Part shown: positions 1 through 11,381 of the stretch, piece by piece | Layout of the letters: every line of letters starts with the position of its first letter | How positions within the stretch are numbered: the first letter of the stretch is position 1 | From: Azolla caroliniana | Taxonomy: Eukaryota > Plantae > Polypodiophyta | Direction: 5' to 3' | DNA: 64,000 nucleotides | Assembly: GCA_043228905.1 (NCBI GenBank) | Contig: JBHGNT010000002.1 | Coordinates: 17,732,001-17,796,000 of the forward strand | Made by a program: the position numbers and the translations under genes | Notes under the pieces: generated by a model | Told to the model about the DNA's origin: nothing | The model's database searches: none | Seen by the model: only the letters and a program-made list of their open reading frames with translations

Positions 1-173
1 CTTGTGGGTAGTTGACTCTCCATCATAATTCTCACCTGCGATGCCGTAGTACACTTCACGAACGATCACATCTTTTTCAAACTGTCCAACAACTCGTTGC
101 CAGATGCCATCTTGTCGAGATTCTATTGTTTAGATTCTAGAAGGAGAAAGACGTGCTATAACATCCAAAACAA
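1..173 (-). mobile_element. Ty3/gypsy pol fragment (RNase H/integrase zinc-finger junction); target of the copia insertion
   Basis: Minus strand reads QDGIWQRVVGQFEKDVIVREVYYGIAGENYDGESTTHK. This resembles the gypsy DG..RR.V...E...IL.EAH.G.AGGH..G..T..K motif. It abuts the copia LTR end at 174. Confidence 0.65.
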
Positions 174-3100
174 TGTGGAAGATAAAAAAAACAACAAAAG
201 CATAGTACACAATGTTCTACGTCGAAACCCTAAACGGGAGAAACCACGGGAGCCTACAATGGATATACAAGATGACGAGATTACAACACTCTCTCCTCTC
301 TGTGTGTAACAGCCTCACAGGGCTCTTAACTTCTAAGCTCACTCAGCTATGGTGTAGTTCCCTCTCGCTCTCACTCATGCTCCCTCTTCTCTGTCAGACA
401 CTCCAATTGAGGTTGACAACTATTCTATTCTACCCACTCTATGTTTGCCCTAAGTGTATTTGTACTTATCCATTGTATGAGTTATTTACAAATGTAGCCA
501 CTGCTATTGTCATTCCTATTATAACAATAATATTTAATTAGTTGGTTGGTCGACTAGTCGACTATAGTGTCAACTGTCCAGTCAGTCCAATTAGTCGGCC
601 TTACCTTCGACCATCTGGTCGGCCCGACTAGTTGGTCGTGTCTTCGACTTGGAGTCTCCTACTGTTGACTCCCCCAGTTGACTCACCATGTCTTCCATTC
701 TCCGCATTCAACCCAATTAGTCGATTGCTCCCATACGAGGGACATATTCCTAACAAAGTCCCCCTTCACTCTTATGGGTGGAGTCGGTCAGTCCTGTCCT
801 CTGTCGACAGACTCTGAGTCTATCCATCGGTATGTTTTCTGTCAGCATGTTGGAGCCATTGTAGTTAGTATGGATCTTCACAAGTGTAAACTCTTCTTCT
901 TCCACTTTCTCCCACAACCAATGATACCTTCGTTGTATGTGCTTGGTTTGGGAGTGGTACACATCATCTTTGCTAGATGTATGGCACTCTAGCTCTCACA
1001 ATGAAGCAAGAACTCCCTTTCCTTCATCCCCAATTCGCTAAGAAAGTTTCTCCTCTAGATTAGCTCTTTTGCTGGCCTCTACCGCTGCCATGTACTCTGC
1101 CTCTATGGTCGACAAGGCCACCGACTTCTGCAGTCGTGACGGCCACGACACTGCTCCCCTTGCATAAGTCATCACGTACCCTGAAGTGGTTCGACTTGAG
1201 TCTGCATCCCCCGACATGTCTGAGTCAGTAAACCCTTCGAGCATGGGTTTTTCGACACCATACCTAAGGCACACACCCGAGGTTCCTTTTAAGTACCTAA
1301 GTATCCATTTCACTGCTACCTAGTGTTCTCTACTTGGATTACTCATATATCAGCTCCACAACAAATGCTATGTCTAGTCTCGTACAAACTATAGCATACA
1401 TTAAATTGCCGACGGTTGAGCCATCCGGTACTTTCTTCATCTCAACCTTTTGTTTCTCCCCTCTCGGGCATTGCTTCGCACTCAGCTTGCAATTGATCAG
1501 AAACATAGAGCCGACTGGCCTTAACTCCAACATGTTGAATCTTTCTAGGATCGTCGTCACATATTTCTCTTGTGAAAACCACAACACCTTCTTAGTTGCA
1601 TCTCCAACTATATGCATCCCTACGATATGCTTAGCTTGTCCAAGATCTTTCATGCCAAAGGACTTGCTTAGTGCTTTCTTCAAGCTCGTGATCATCTTTG
1701 TGTCTTGTTTGACTATCCACATGTCATCCACATAACATAAGAGAATCAAGAAATCACCTTCTTCATACCTTTTGACGAACACATAGTGATCAACCTGTGC
1801 TTTTTGGAACCAATGTTCCATCATGAAGGATTCCAACTTCTTGTACCCTTGGCATGGAGCTTGTTTCAACCCATACAAACTTTTCTTCCGTCGACACACC
1901 GAGTTCTCCTTCCCTTTCTCCACAAAGCCTTAGGGCAGTTGCGTGTATATCTCTTCATCTAGCTCCCCGTGCAAGAATATTGTCTTGACATCCAACTAGT
2001 AGCTATGCACGAAACAATTCGAATTGATGTCATCTTCACGACTAGTGCGAATATTTCATCCAAGTCAACACCCTTTTTCTATTGGAATCCCTTCACCAGA
2101 ATGTAATCTGGCTGTGTTGTCGACTTCTCAAGTCTTCACCTTGTAGACCCATTTATTTTTTAGTGCTCTTTTACCTTTTCGTAGTTCGACCAAGTCATAG
2201 GTGTAGTTCTCATGCAAGGAGTGTCCATTTCATACTGCATTGCGCTCAACCAATTCTCCTTGCGCTCATTAGCTATGGCTTCTTCATAGCAATCTGGTTC
2301 ACCTTCATTAGTTAAGAGGATTTATTTACTACCATATGTTGTCGTACTTTCCTTTCTTTGAGTGGGTATCTTCTTCCACTTGTTCTTCTTCCACTTGTTA
2401 TCGGCTCCAGTTCGGATGTCTCTACCGACTCTATACTTGGCTCGGATTCATATGTGTCAATCTGTCATTGGGGTTTACACGATTCAGACTCGTGGTCCTC
2501 GATCAACTTCAATAGGATTGCCCATTCCGACTCATCTGCATTTGTCGGTTGCTCCAAGTCCATCGACTCGGATTTAGCTGTGCCAATTGGTTGTCTTCGA
2601 ACAGCCGACTGTGTCGGTTCACTTGGCCTTAGGTCAATAGTAGTAGGAGTTGATTGGGAAGTTGATTCAGACTTCTGTTGCTTCTAGTCCTCTATTGTCA
2701 TGTCTTCCAAAAAGACTACATCTCGACTCCTCACAACCTTTAGCCGAAATCATCTTCCGAGTATCCCATGAATATGCAAGGTTTCAACTTACTATCGAGC
2801 TTTGACCGCAAATCCTTAGCCGCATGCATATACACTAAGCATCCAAACCCCTTCAGGTGTCAATAGGAGACATCCTTTCTTGTCCACACCCTTTGTGGGT
2901 GTCATGATATGGCAAGACTCGAACCCATGACCTTATGCTACATGGGTCGAACTCTTGACGATTACACCATACATTGTAATGGCAGAGACTCGAACCCATG
3001 ACCTTATGCTACATGGGTCAAGCTCTTGACCATTACACCATACATTGTAATACGTAGAATATTATTTTCATTTATGTTTTATTATAGAAAATTGATGTAT

Positions 3101-4200
3101 TTTCCAGATTTCTCTAGAACATTCTAGAAACTTCAGGAGTATTCCTGAGAACACTATAAAAGGAGGCACAAGGCATTATTTCGAACCAAATCGGTTCAAC
3201 GCCAGTCTTATGCCTCCTAGCTATTACTGTACATTCTCTTTACATAATATATATCTTTTCTTATCATCACTCTCTCTCTCTCTCTCTCTCTCCGTCCCTC
3301 TAACTCACTCTTTCCTTCTCTCGAGAGTTCTTCAACTCTCTTAGTACTAATACTTCTTTTAGTACTAATTCCTTCTCTGTCTTAGTACTGTTCCTGATAG
3401 TGGGACATCACCCTTCAATGGTACTAAGGGGGACCTATTGATCAGGTAGATGGTTGTATACATTGCCTACTCACAAATGAACAAAATTGGCTCTGCACTT
3501 GTAGCTACAACCGATGTGCCCTTTTCATCAAGAGTCTTCCGATGTGCACTTTTGTCCTTCTTGAGGTGTCGGCAGTCCTTCTGAAAGTGTCCAGGCTTTC
3601 CACAATAAAAGCATTTTAGCTTACCTCTGGACTTGGATTTGGCATGGGACTTTTCTCTCCTTGGTGGACTCCTTTCTCGGAATGTTGAGTCAAGTTTGAC
3701 TCCGACTTGGGCAGGACACCCTTCTCCTTCTTTCTAGTCTCCTCTTGTTCAAGATGATTGTCTTTACCACTTGTAGAGACAAGTTCTCTTCCTAACAAGA
3801 GGTCCTGAGAGTCACCACTAGATTCTCCCAATTGTCCGACATGATAGCAAGATGATCTGCATTGCATCTTCAAGGGGAAACTTCGTTGCCACAAGTTTGT
3901 TCACATACCCCATGAATGTGATGACGTGTTCAACTATGCTTTCCGCATCCCTATATTTCAACCTCACAATCTTTCTCATCAAAGATGTTTTGTTGAGAGC
4001 GTGCTTCCTCTCATATAAGCTTGAAAGCTTCTACAACATCTCGTACGCATTTGTGTCGTTCGCCACATGTTGGAGGACACTTACATCGAGACACTACCCC
4101 GATGGTGGCCACCATCTTTCTGTTAAGAAGTTTCCATTCTGACTCTAATACCCTCATGGGTATTTCTGCTCTATCGATTGGCTTGTACAGGTCTTTGCTC
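174..4200 (-). mobile_element. Decayed Ty1/copia element A (3' LTR 174-755, PPT 756-771, RT/RNase H, partial integrase, gag; 5' end missing)
   Basis: ORFs carry KKSLYGLKQAP, YVDD, GFTDSD and ALSTIEAEY. The PPT GAGTGAAGGGGGACTT abuts TGTTAGG. There are many stops. An internal deletion near 3480 joins integrase to the gag zinc knuckle, so no protease is seen. Confidence 0.9.
2900..3399 (+). mobile_element. Solo LTR (500 bp) inserted in copia A integrase; carries a duplicated tRNA-like module
   Basis: Starts TGTCATG. It is flanked by the 5-bp TSD GTGGG (2895-2899, 3400-3404), and removing it restores the copia INRSPLVPLKGD.PQRVWT region. TATA at 3155. A ~70-bp tandem duplication lies at 2909-3048. 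Confidence 0.85.
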
Positions 4201-4290
4201 TAGTACTAAGATAGAGAGGGAATTAGTACTAGAGATGAGGATTAGTATTATCAGGAAAGGAGTGTGTGGAACTCATGAGAGAAGGACACG

Positions 4291-4322
<32 letters not shown>

Positions 4323-4662
4323 TGATAACAAACAATATATTATAGGAAGAGAGGATAAACACGTTCGCGTTCACAAGTGGAAGGATCGCACATTCCACTT
4401 GTAGATTCCTTTTGTAATTATCCAAATATACCCTCTCTACAAAAATTCGATGCACTAGTATCACAAGTTCAACTTTGGAAGAATTTGGAAAATTCTTCGG
4501 AAGTATCACATGTTCAACTTGATTAGAATTTGAAAATCAATAAAACATGATAGGTCTCCGAGTGCAGAACATGTGAAATTCACTCAACTTTGGAATTGTT
4601 GATATGTTAATGCGATTAGAATAAAGTTCAACAATAGCTCAATAACACACTTTTGTGAGACA
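4201..4662 (-). mobile_element. Truncated LTR-like fragment related to the 2900-3399 solo LTR
   Basis: 4201-4230 resembles the reverse complement of 3361-3390. It contains (CA)n/(GA)n tracts and a possible TG terminus at 4662. Boundaries are uncertain. Confidence 0.4.
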
Positions 4663-6710
4663 TGGCAAACACTCAGATGAAGACTTATATTTGTTTGGTA
4701 AGTCTACCAAAAATATGAGGTGTAATTGTATCCATGTTACTAAAAGGAGTTATAATTAAGAGTTTGACTCATACTCGTATCTATATAATTGTTCTTAATG
4801 CAAGATAGTGAACCTTAGGATAATGTGATTGCAATAACAAAGCTATTAAAGCTTTCAATACTTGTGTTTAAAGTTTATGCAATCTAATCCTTAGGTGATT
4901 CTCATGGGATTGAACACCGAAAGATAACACTAGTTAAACTACAAGCGTATGAAACATGTAGATATTGATGAAAGGTGTTACTCCAAGGTTGTGCAACTAA
5001 TGGGACAATGTAACATCGGCCATTATCAACACACTACCCAAAGTAAGCAGCAATGGAAGACAAACGAACATAATAGTTTGATAATTATGAACACACTACC
5101 CATTCTAAGCAGCAATAGAAGACAAAGAACCATAATATATGGACAATTATATGCACGAAATTAGGCTTAAGGTTAAGTCAATCATGTTTCTCCATATTAG
5201 AGTCAACACTATATGCGTGAAATCACACTTAAGGTTAAGTAAGGTTCCCTTACACAATAATTGAATAACATTCATATAGCTTTAACTTTCCGAAGTCATA
5301 AGTCAACAAACGAAGTGTATAGGAATATAACTGAAACATATAGAACAATGTAAACAATGGACTACACGAATGGAAGAACCCGAACTTTATATTAGAAATT
5401 GGAATTCATAAGTTTAAACTTCATAAAAAAAACATTCTAGATTACATTGAAATCAAATCATTAACGTCATTATTGTCATCTTCCCTTCGAGAAGTCTCAG
5501 GAGCTATTTGTGCATTGTCTTCCCATATTAGCTGAGCAACCGTGAGATCTTTTGTAAGCTCGTCATCAAGCTCAATTAGCTCCCTCAGTTCCCTAGCTAC
5601 CGAAGGAATATGCTCTCGGGAAGCCAGTTGAAACCGTTCCGTATCAGCGATGTGCTTTGGACCGACCTCCTCGTCGTGGTCTGGGCATTCCCACAAGTCC
5701 TTAATCCTCATATTTATAAATGTAACTTGCTCCTCCTCCTTCTCCAATGCTACAATATTTCTAAAGAGCTTCAAAGCGCATGCAGACGTTGTACCTGCAA
5801 AGAAATGGGCAAGAAGACTTAGTTATCCAACCATAAGAATCAGTGTCGATTATATTTGTGCCAAAAAATACTTGTGCCGGAAAATAGGTGTAATATCCAA
5901 TCTCCTTCGTTCAAGAACATGTCAATCAAGCACATCATAAGTCGTTGAAGTTTTTGGTATGTGTTGACAAGTTCCTATTCTATTGTGGTGACATGTCACA
6001 ATTTGCATGTGTCTGCTGGATATTCCAACAGGTTTGAACCTCCAACTTCATTAGAGTACTCCTTGATTCTTTGTTCCTTTATTTTGTCGAAGTAACCAAC
6101 CGTAATGTACTCAATCGCATTTACCAACCGAAAGGTCGGTCCTTAATTCACGTTAGTTTTTATCCTATAATGAATAGTAGGTGAGTTAAGAATAGATTCG
6201 ATAAATTAAGAACGAAAGTATGGTGAATGAGACTTATAAATAATCCTTACGACACAAGGTTATCGATGTCGTGGCAACGAGATCTCAACGCTTGAGCTAC
6301 CGAGTACCATTGGTCCATGCTATGAAACACAACTATCCTCCACAAGGATGTAGTTGTCAACTAAGCAAAATCTTCATTTTTTCTAATTGTTTGAAACTGA
6401 AAGGTTCATCGTCGTATGATGATCCAACCATTAAAAGTCCATAAGGTATATCTGCAATCAAAAGTGTATAGTCTTTCTTTGGCACTTTCTAGATCATCTC
6501 TACAACATCGCCATAGATCACACTATAATAGAGATATTTTGTAATTTCTCTCTTGTGGCTAAATTTTTTGAAGGAGCCATCTTCTTCAATTTTATATGCC
6601 TTGACTAAGGGAGGATCTTTTTCTTTTTTGGCTCTCTCGAGATGTGCAAGGAAGGATGTTGGAAAGTCGTGTATATCCTTGACTTCTCTTGGTTTCTTGC
6701 CACGACAAGG

Positions 6711-8777
6711 TGTCACGACACAACGAATTTGTTAAATACGTAGTTAGTGAGGATTGAACCTGCAACCTCACAGCTACAAGATGTCATGCTCAACCATTTT
6801 GATATGAGCATGGATTTGTATATAATGGTTTAGTATTCTATAGTCTAGCATATAATACATTTCAGAATCAAAATATTCTAGTCAGTAGTATATTCTAGAA
6901 ATATTGTACGGCATATTCTAAACGAGTATATTCTAGAGATATTCAATCTCGGAACATGTATAAATACTTGTAACCTCCTTGGTCCCTTTCAAGGGATTCA
7001 ACACTAGTCATTGACCCATCAATACAATATTCTCGTTTTGACTCATCTTGTATCCTTGATCATTATTGTTGTCTTCATGCTCCGTTGGTGTGTCCATGAC
7101 ATTTTGAATCCCTTCCACCTAGAAACATTACCCGTCTTCGTCATCACCCTTGCTTCTAGAGTTACCATCGTCACCGTCATTGGTTCTAGAGTTACCATCA
7201 TCAACATCCCTTCGTTTTCTATCTTCCTCGCCATCTCTATCTTGTAGTTTGTTCTCAACACCTTCTTTGTCTTTTAGATTCTTCTCATCCTACACATCTC
7301 TATCTCCCAGTTTATTTTCATCATCATCTCTATCTCTACGCTTCTTATCATCTTCCACATCCCTATCTTTGCAATTTTTGTGATTGTCATCCTTTTCCTT
7401 GTGTTTCCTACCGTTTTCATCTCTATGTATATGTTTCTTATTAGCTTCGTCCCTTTCCTTGCGTTTCCTATCACCTTCATCCATGGCTTTGTGTTTTCTA
7501 CCATCCTCTATATCTGTGTCTTTGTATTTCTTCAGAACCTCAATGTCTTGATCTCTATGTTTCTTATCTTCTTCATCTCTTTCTTCGCTTCCATCATTGC
7601 CATAGTCAAAGTCGTTGCTTCCAAAGTCGCTTCGAAAACATCATAGCCTTCTTTGCTTTGTCTTCGACATCATCATCTTCAACCCTCTTGTTGTCGTCAT
7701 CAACACTACTTTTCCTAGCCATCATTGTCGTCAAGTCTTCCAGTTCCCGGTGAGGATCGTGCAGGTCTCTCAAGCTCACGTCCTTTCGTGTTCCAGTTCT
7801 CGATAAGCGCGACATGGTCGCTCACATCCATTCATGTTCCAGTTCTCGGTGAGGACCGCATGGTCACTCATGTCTGTTCGTGTTCCGGTTCTCGGTGACG
7901 GCCGCATGGTCACTCACTTTCGTTCGTGTTTCAGTTCTTAGTGACAGACACATGGTCGCTCATGCTCTTTCATGTTTTTGATGAGGACCGCACATCGTTC
8001 ACGTTCCAACTCCTGATGAGGACCACACATGGTCACTCACGTCCGTTTGTGTTCCAGTTCTTGGTGTGGGCCGCATGGTCACTCACACTCGTTCGTGTTC
8101 AGTTCTCGGTGAGGGTCGCATGGTCGTTTCGTGTTCCAGTTCTCGGTGAGGGCAGCATGGTCGCTCACGCCCGTTGGTGTTTGTTTTCCCTGTGAGGACT
8201 GCACATGGTCACTCACGCCCATTGGTATTCGTGTTCTAGTCTCCGGCGAGGACCGCACATGGTCACTCACTCCAGCTATTGTTCGTGTTTTGGATCCTGG
8301 CAAGGACCAACATAGTCACTCATGCCTGATGTTGTTCATGTTCCAATTCTTGTCCAGCCCTACACCACGCTTTCGAAAAGGCGGCTGTAAAGGGGAGGAT
8401 AATTTCACGACACAACGAATCTGTTAAATACGTATTTACTAAGGATTGAACCTGCAACCTCACAACTACAAGATGTCATGTTCAACCATTTGATATGAGC
8501 ATGCATTTGTATATAATAGTTTATATTTATTCTATAGTCTAGCATATAATACATTTCAGAATCAAAATATTCTAGAAATATTGTACGGCATATTCTAGAC
8601 GAGTATATTCTAGAGATATTCAATCTTGGAACATGTATAAGTACTTGTAACCTCCTTGGTTCCTTTCAAGGGATTCAACACTAGTCATTGAACCATCAAT
8701 ACAATATTCTCGTTTTGACTCATCTTGTGTCCTTGATCATTATCGTTGTCTCATGCTCCATTGGTGTGTCCATGACA
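6711..8777 (+). mobile_element. Non-autonomous LTR element (LTRs 6711-7101, 8403-8777) with self-priming-type PBS
   Basis: Two similar LTRs and TSD CAAGG (6706-6710, 8778-8782). PPT AAAGGGGAGGATAA precedes the 3' LTR. PBS TTGAATCCCTT at 7104-7114. No RT or integrase ORF. Confidence 0.92.
7745..8345 (+). repeat. Tandem array of ~46-54-bp hairpin-containing units inside the LTR element
   Basis: About 12 degenerate copies of GGTGAGGACCGCA(CA)TGGTC(G/A)CTCA...GTTCGTGTTCCAGTTCTC. Confidence 0.85.
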
Positions 8778-10779
8778 CAAGGTTTCTAATAGAGAAAATA
8801 AGGCATTGACTATTAATACACAACATATACATATTAAGAAATCATTATTACAAAGACGAATATTAACCCAATCCTTGAATGCAATGAAATACTCAGATAA
8901 CGCCTTATATGAAGACATCAAAGGATAATTCTCATTCACTTGTTCCCAAGTTATACATCCAAGTTTTTTCATCATAACATCTTGGATCTTCATATATACC
9001 TTATGACTGTGAAATCACCAATAGAGATAAGAACTTTATATAAAACTATAATTTCTTCATTTAACTACTTGACAAGACTTACTTGTTGAACTCAGTGACC
9101 ATCTCTTCTAGGCTCAATTCTATTGACACAGCCCTTGAAAACATTGACACCAATAGCTGCTCATCCTTTAAAATGCCTTGCATTGCTTTACACAGAGACA
9201 ACTTCATGTCGTTGGCTGCTTCTCCAAATGTCAGGTCGATTGTCTTCACCGCTTGTGATTTCAATTCAAGTTGGGGGTCTACTCTACCTTTTTTGCCGTT
9301 GACCCTTCACCTCCTTATTCTCCCACATTGAAAAAAATTGATCTTGACGGTCCTAGACATCCCTATCTCTAAAGGCTAGTTGAAACCATGACTCATACTT
9401 ATGAAGACCATCTGACTTAACATTATCGTCAACAACAATGCCGACCTTACGAGGACATTGAGGTCGTAGTCTGGGGTGAAGCTTTACATGGAACTTTTAT
9501 TTGACATCCAAGTACTCATGGTGGAAGAACCTTATCCGCTCGAGGGAACACATTTTTTGCCGATAGTCATTGTTGTGGTCCCATGCCAAGAGTTTTGCCT
9601 CTTCAGTTGTGAGGCCCACATATATTTTACACTCGGCATACTTGAAGAAAAAGGTGGTTGGGTGCTCTCTTACAAGTTGTCGTCGTGCTTCTGTGGAATG
9701 TGATCCACCAATTACAAAGTAATTGTATTGATCGTGCTTTCTCACATCAAAAAACTCAATTGCAGAACATTCATCAGGATCCACAATTACGATAAATGGT
9801 ACAACTATGGCATGTGGATTTATTTTCATTTTTATCTTGAGATTTTGAACATGCATTCTAAGTGGCTCTCTAATCTCAAGTGGTCTTTGTCTTGTATTAA
9901 CATCTACTAGTGGCCTATAAATGTGTGTTATTGGGAAATTGAAGACTTGACCTTTTCTCACCAATTTCTTTTGCGTTAACTCTCTTCGCATCTTGTTTGG
10001 CTTCGAAGAAAAAACACCAGATGCTAGATTAGCACCTGGAGTGGCCCGAGTTTCCTCATCATCTATTGAACTTGATGATTCGGACTCTGACATCTTTGTG
10101 ATATTTTTCGTTGTCGGTCTCGACTGCATCTTTGAGCCCTTTTGTGGGGCCTTCACCAGAGATGGTGACGCGTCCCTCAGAGTTATATGACCTTGTATAT
10201 ATGGTCTTAATGTTGTTATAAGATTTTGGGTGGAAGCACACTACGGTGTACCAGAAAAGTATTGTTTTTTGCCACAAAAATTGTCAGTACTTTCGATACT
10301 GTTAGTACTGAATAATTTAGAAAAAAAAAATTTGATTTTGGAGAGTGGGGTGACTGTAGTAGAAATGTCATTTACTACAAGGAGCGGGGGGAACATGTGA
10401 GGAGATGTTCTTTCCATTTTGGGGGCTATTTTCCCCTCATGTCGATTTTGGCGCTTCCCCTCATACTCCTCTTTCTCTATCCTCTAAGCTCTTCATCTCA
10501 GACATCCATGTCACGTTTCTGTTTTTCCTCCAATCTAACAGTTTTGTTAGGGTTTAGGGAGAAAATCTCAGACATCCATGTCAGGTTGGAGCTTTTGAGT
10601 TGAGGATTTCTGGTTTTTTTAGAGTTTCTGTTTTTGTTAGGGTTTAGGTTAAGGAACATAGACTGTTATGAGGCCTCTTATAACAGCCAATAGTGACTTC
10701 TTCGACAACGACTTTCTTACTTCCACCGATTGCAGTTTATGTCGTGGTGATTTGGGGCTTTTTCCATCGATGCGAGTAT

Positions 10780-11240
10780 CCTTCCACCGAATCCAAGCGG
10801 CATATCACAAGATTCAAGACGCCCTCCACCATTGGAGGTTCCTTCCACTAAATCAAGGCGGCATATCACAAAGATTCAAGGCACCCTCCACAATTGGAGG
10901 TTCTTTCCAGCAAATCAAGGCGGCATATCACACAGAATCAACGCTCCCACCACCATTGGAGGTTCCTTCCATCCAATTTTTTATTTTCAAGACTAAAATT
11001 TTTCATTTCTTCATTTTTCAGTACTAAATTTTTAGATTTTTCAATTGTCAAATTTGTACATCGTGCTTCCACCATTGGAGGTTCCTTCCAACAAATCGAG
11101 GGGGCATATCACACTGAATCAACGCTCCCGCCACAATTGGAGGTTCCTTCCATCCATTTTTTTATTTTCAGGACTAAAACTTTTCATTTCTTCATTTTTC
11201 AATACTAAATTTTTAGATTTTACAATTGTCATATTTGATC
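10780..11240. repeat. 62-bp repeats with 16-bp palindromes, plus a ~180-bp duplication, in the divergent intergenic region
   Basis: CCTCCA-N4-TGGAGG and variants at 10823, 10885, 10947, 11066 and 11128. Segment 10885-11050 is duplicated at 11066-11230. Confidence 0.85.
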
Positions 11241-11381
11241 CGTAATTCTAATGTTCGAAACGAATTATTTCTCACTTCGCAGGCCACATTTAAAAACATT
11301 TGACTGTGTTTTCTTATAGTCTATATAACATTAAGTACTCTCGCCGGACACTTAATTTTTTTGGATAAATCTAGTGACCAA

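Larger units (their letters stand above)
5442..10129 (-). pseudogene. Spliced ParB-like domain + beta-class N6-adenine/N4-cytosine DNA methyltransferase fusion, pseudogenised
   Basis: ParB/Srx-like core YFVIGGSHSTEARRQL...VGLTTEEAKLLAWDHN (9497-10156 ORF). Motif IV LLIADIPYG (DIPY at 6441-6452). C-terminal VNTYQKLQRLMMCLIDMFLNEGDWILHLFSGT/STTSACALKLFRNIVALEK. GT-AG introns at 9007-9082, 8786-8867, 6165-6250 and 5795-5871 all preserve phase. Disrupted by in-frame stops, frameshifts and the LTR element at 6711-8777. The start codon is uncertain. Confidence 0.85.

Noticed and set aside
174-755. Tandem copia sharing a central LTR
   Set aside because: The sequence beyond the LTR has no PBS and translates as gypsy integrase, so it is the insertion target.
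2909-3048. Functional tRNA genes
   Set aside because: A/B boxes are present, but there is no clear acceptor stem or canonical 7-nt anticodon loop. Treated as LTR-borne tRNA-like modules.
4663-5441. Terminal inverted repeat of the putative Sola-like element
   Set aside because: The other end is lost after 15055, so no TIR or TSD pair can be demonstrated in this window.
7011-7815. Hydrophobic (+) and D/K/E/R-rich (-) short ORFs as an env-like or accessory gene (also 31560-32073)
   Set aside because: Low-complexity pyrimidine-rich sequence with frames broken in both copies. A decayed antisense ORF cannot be excluded but is unsupported.
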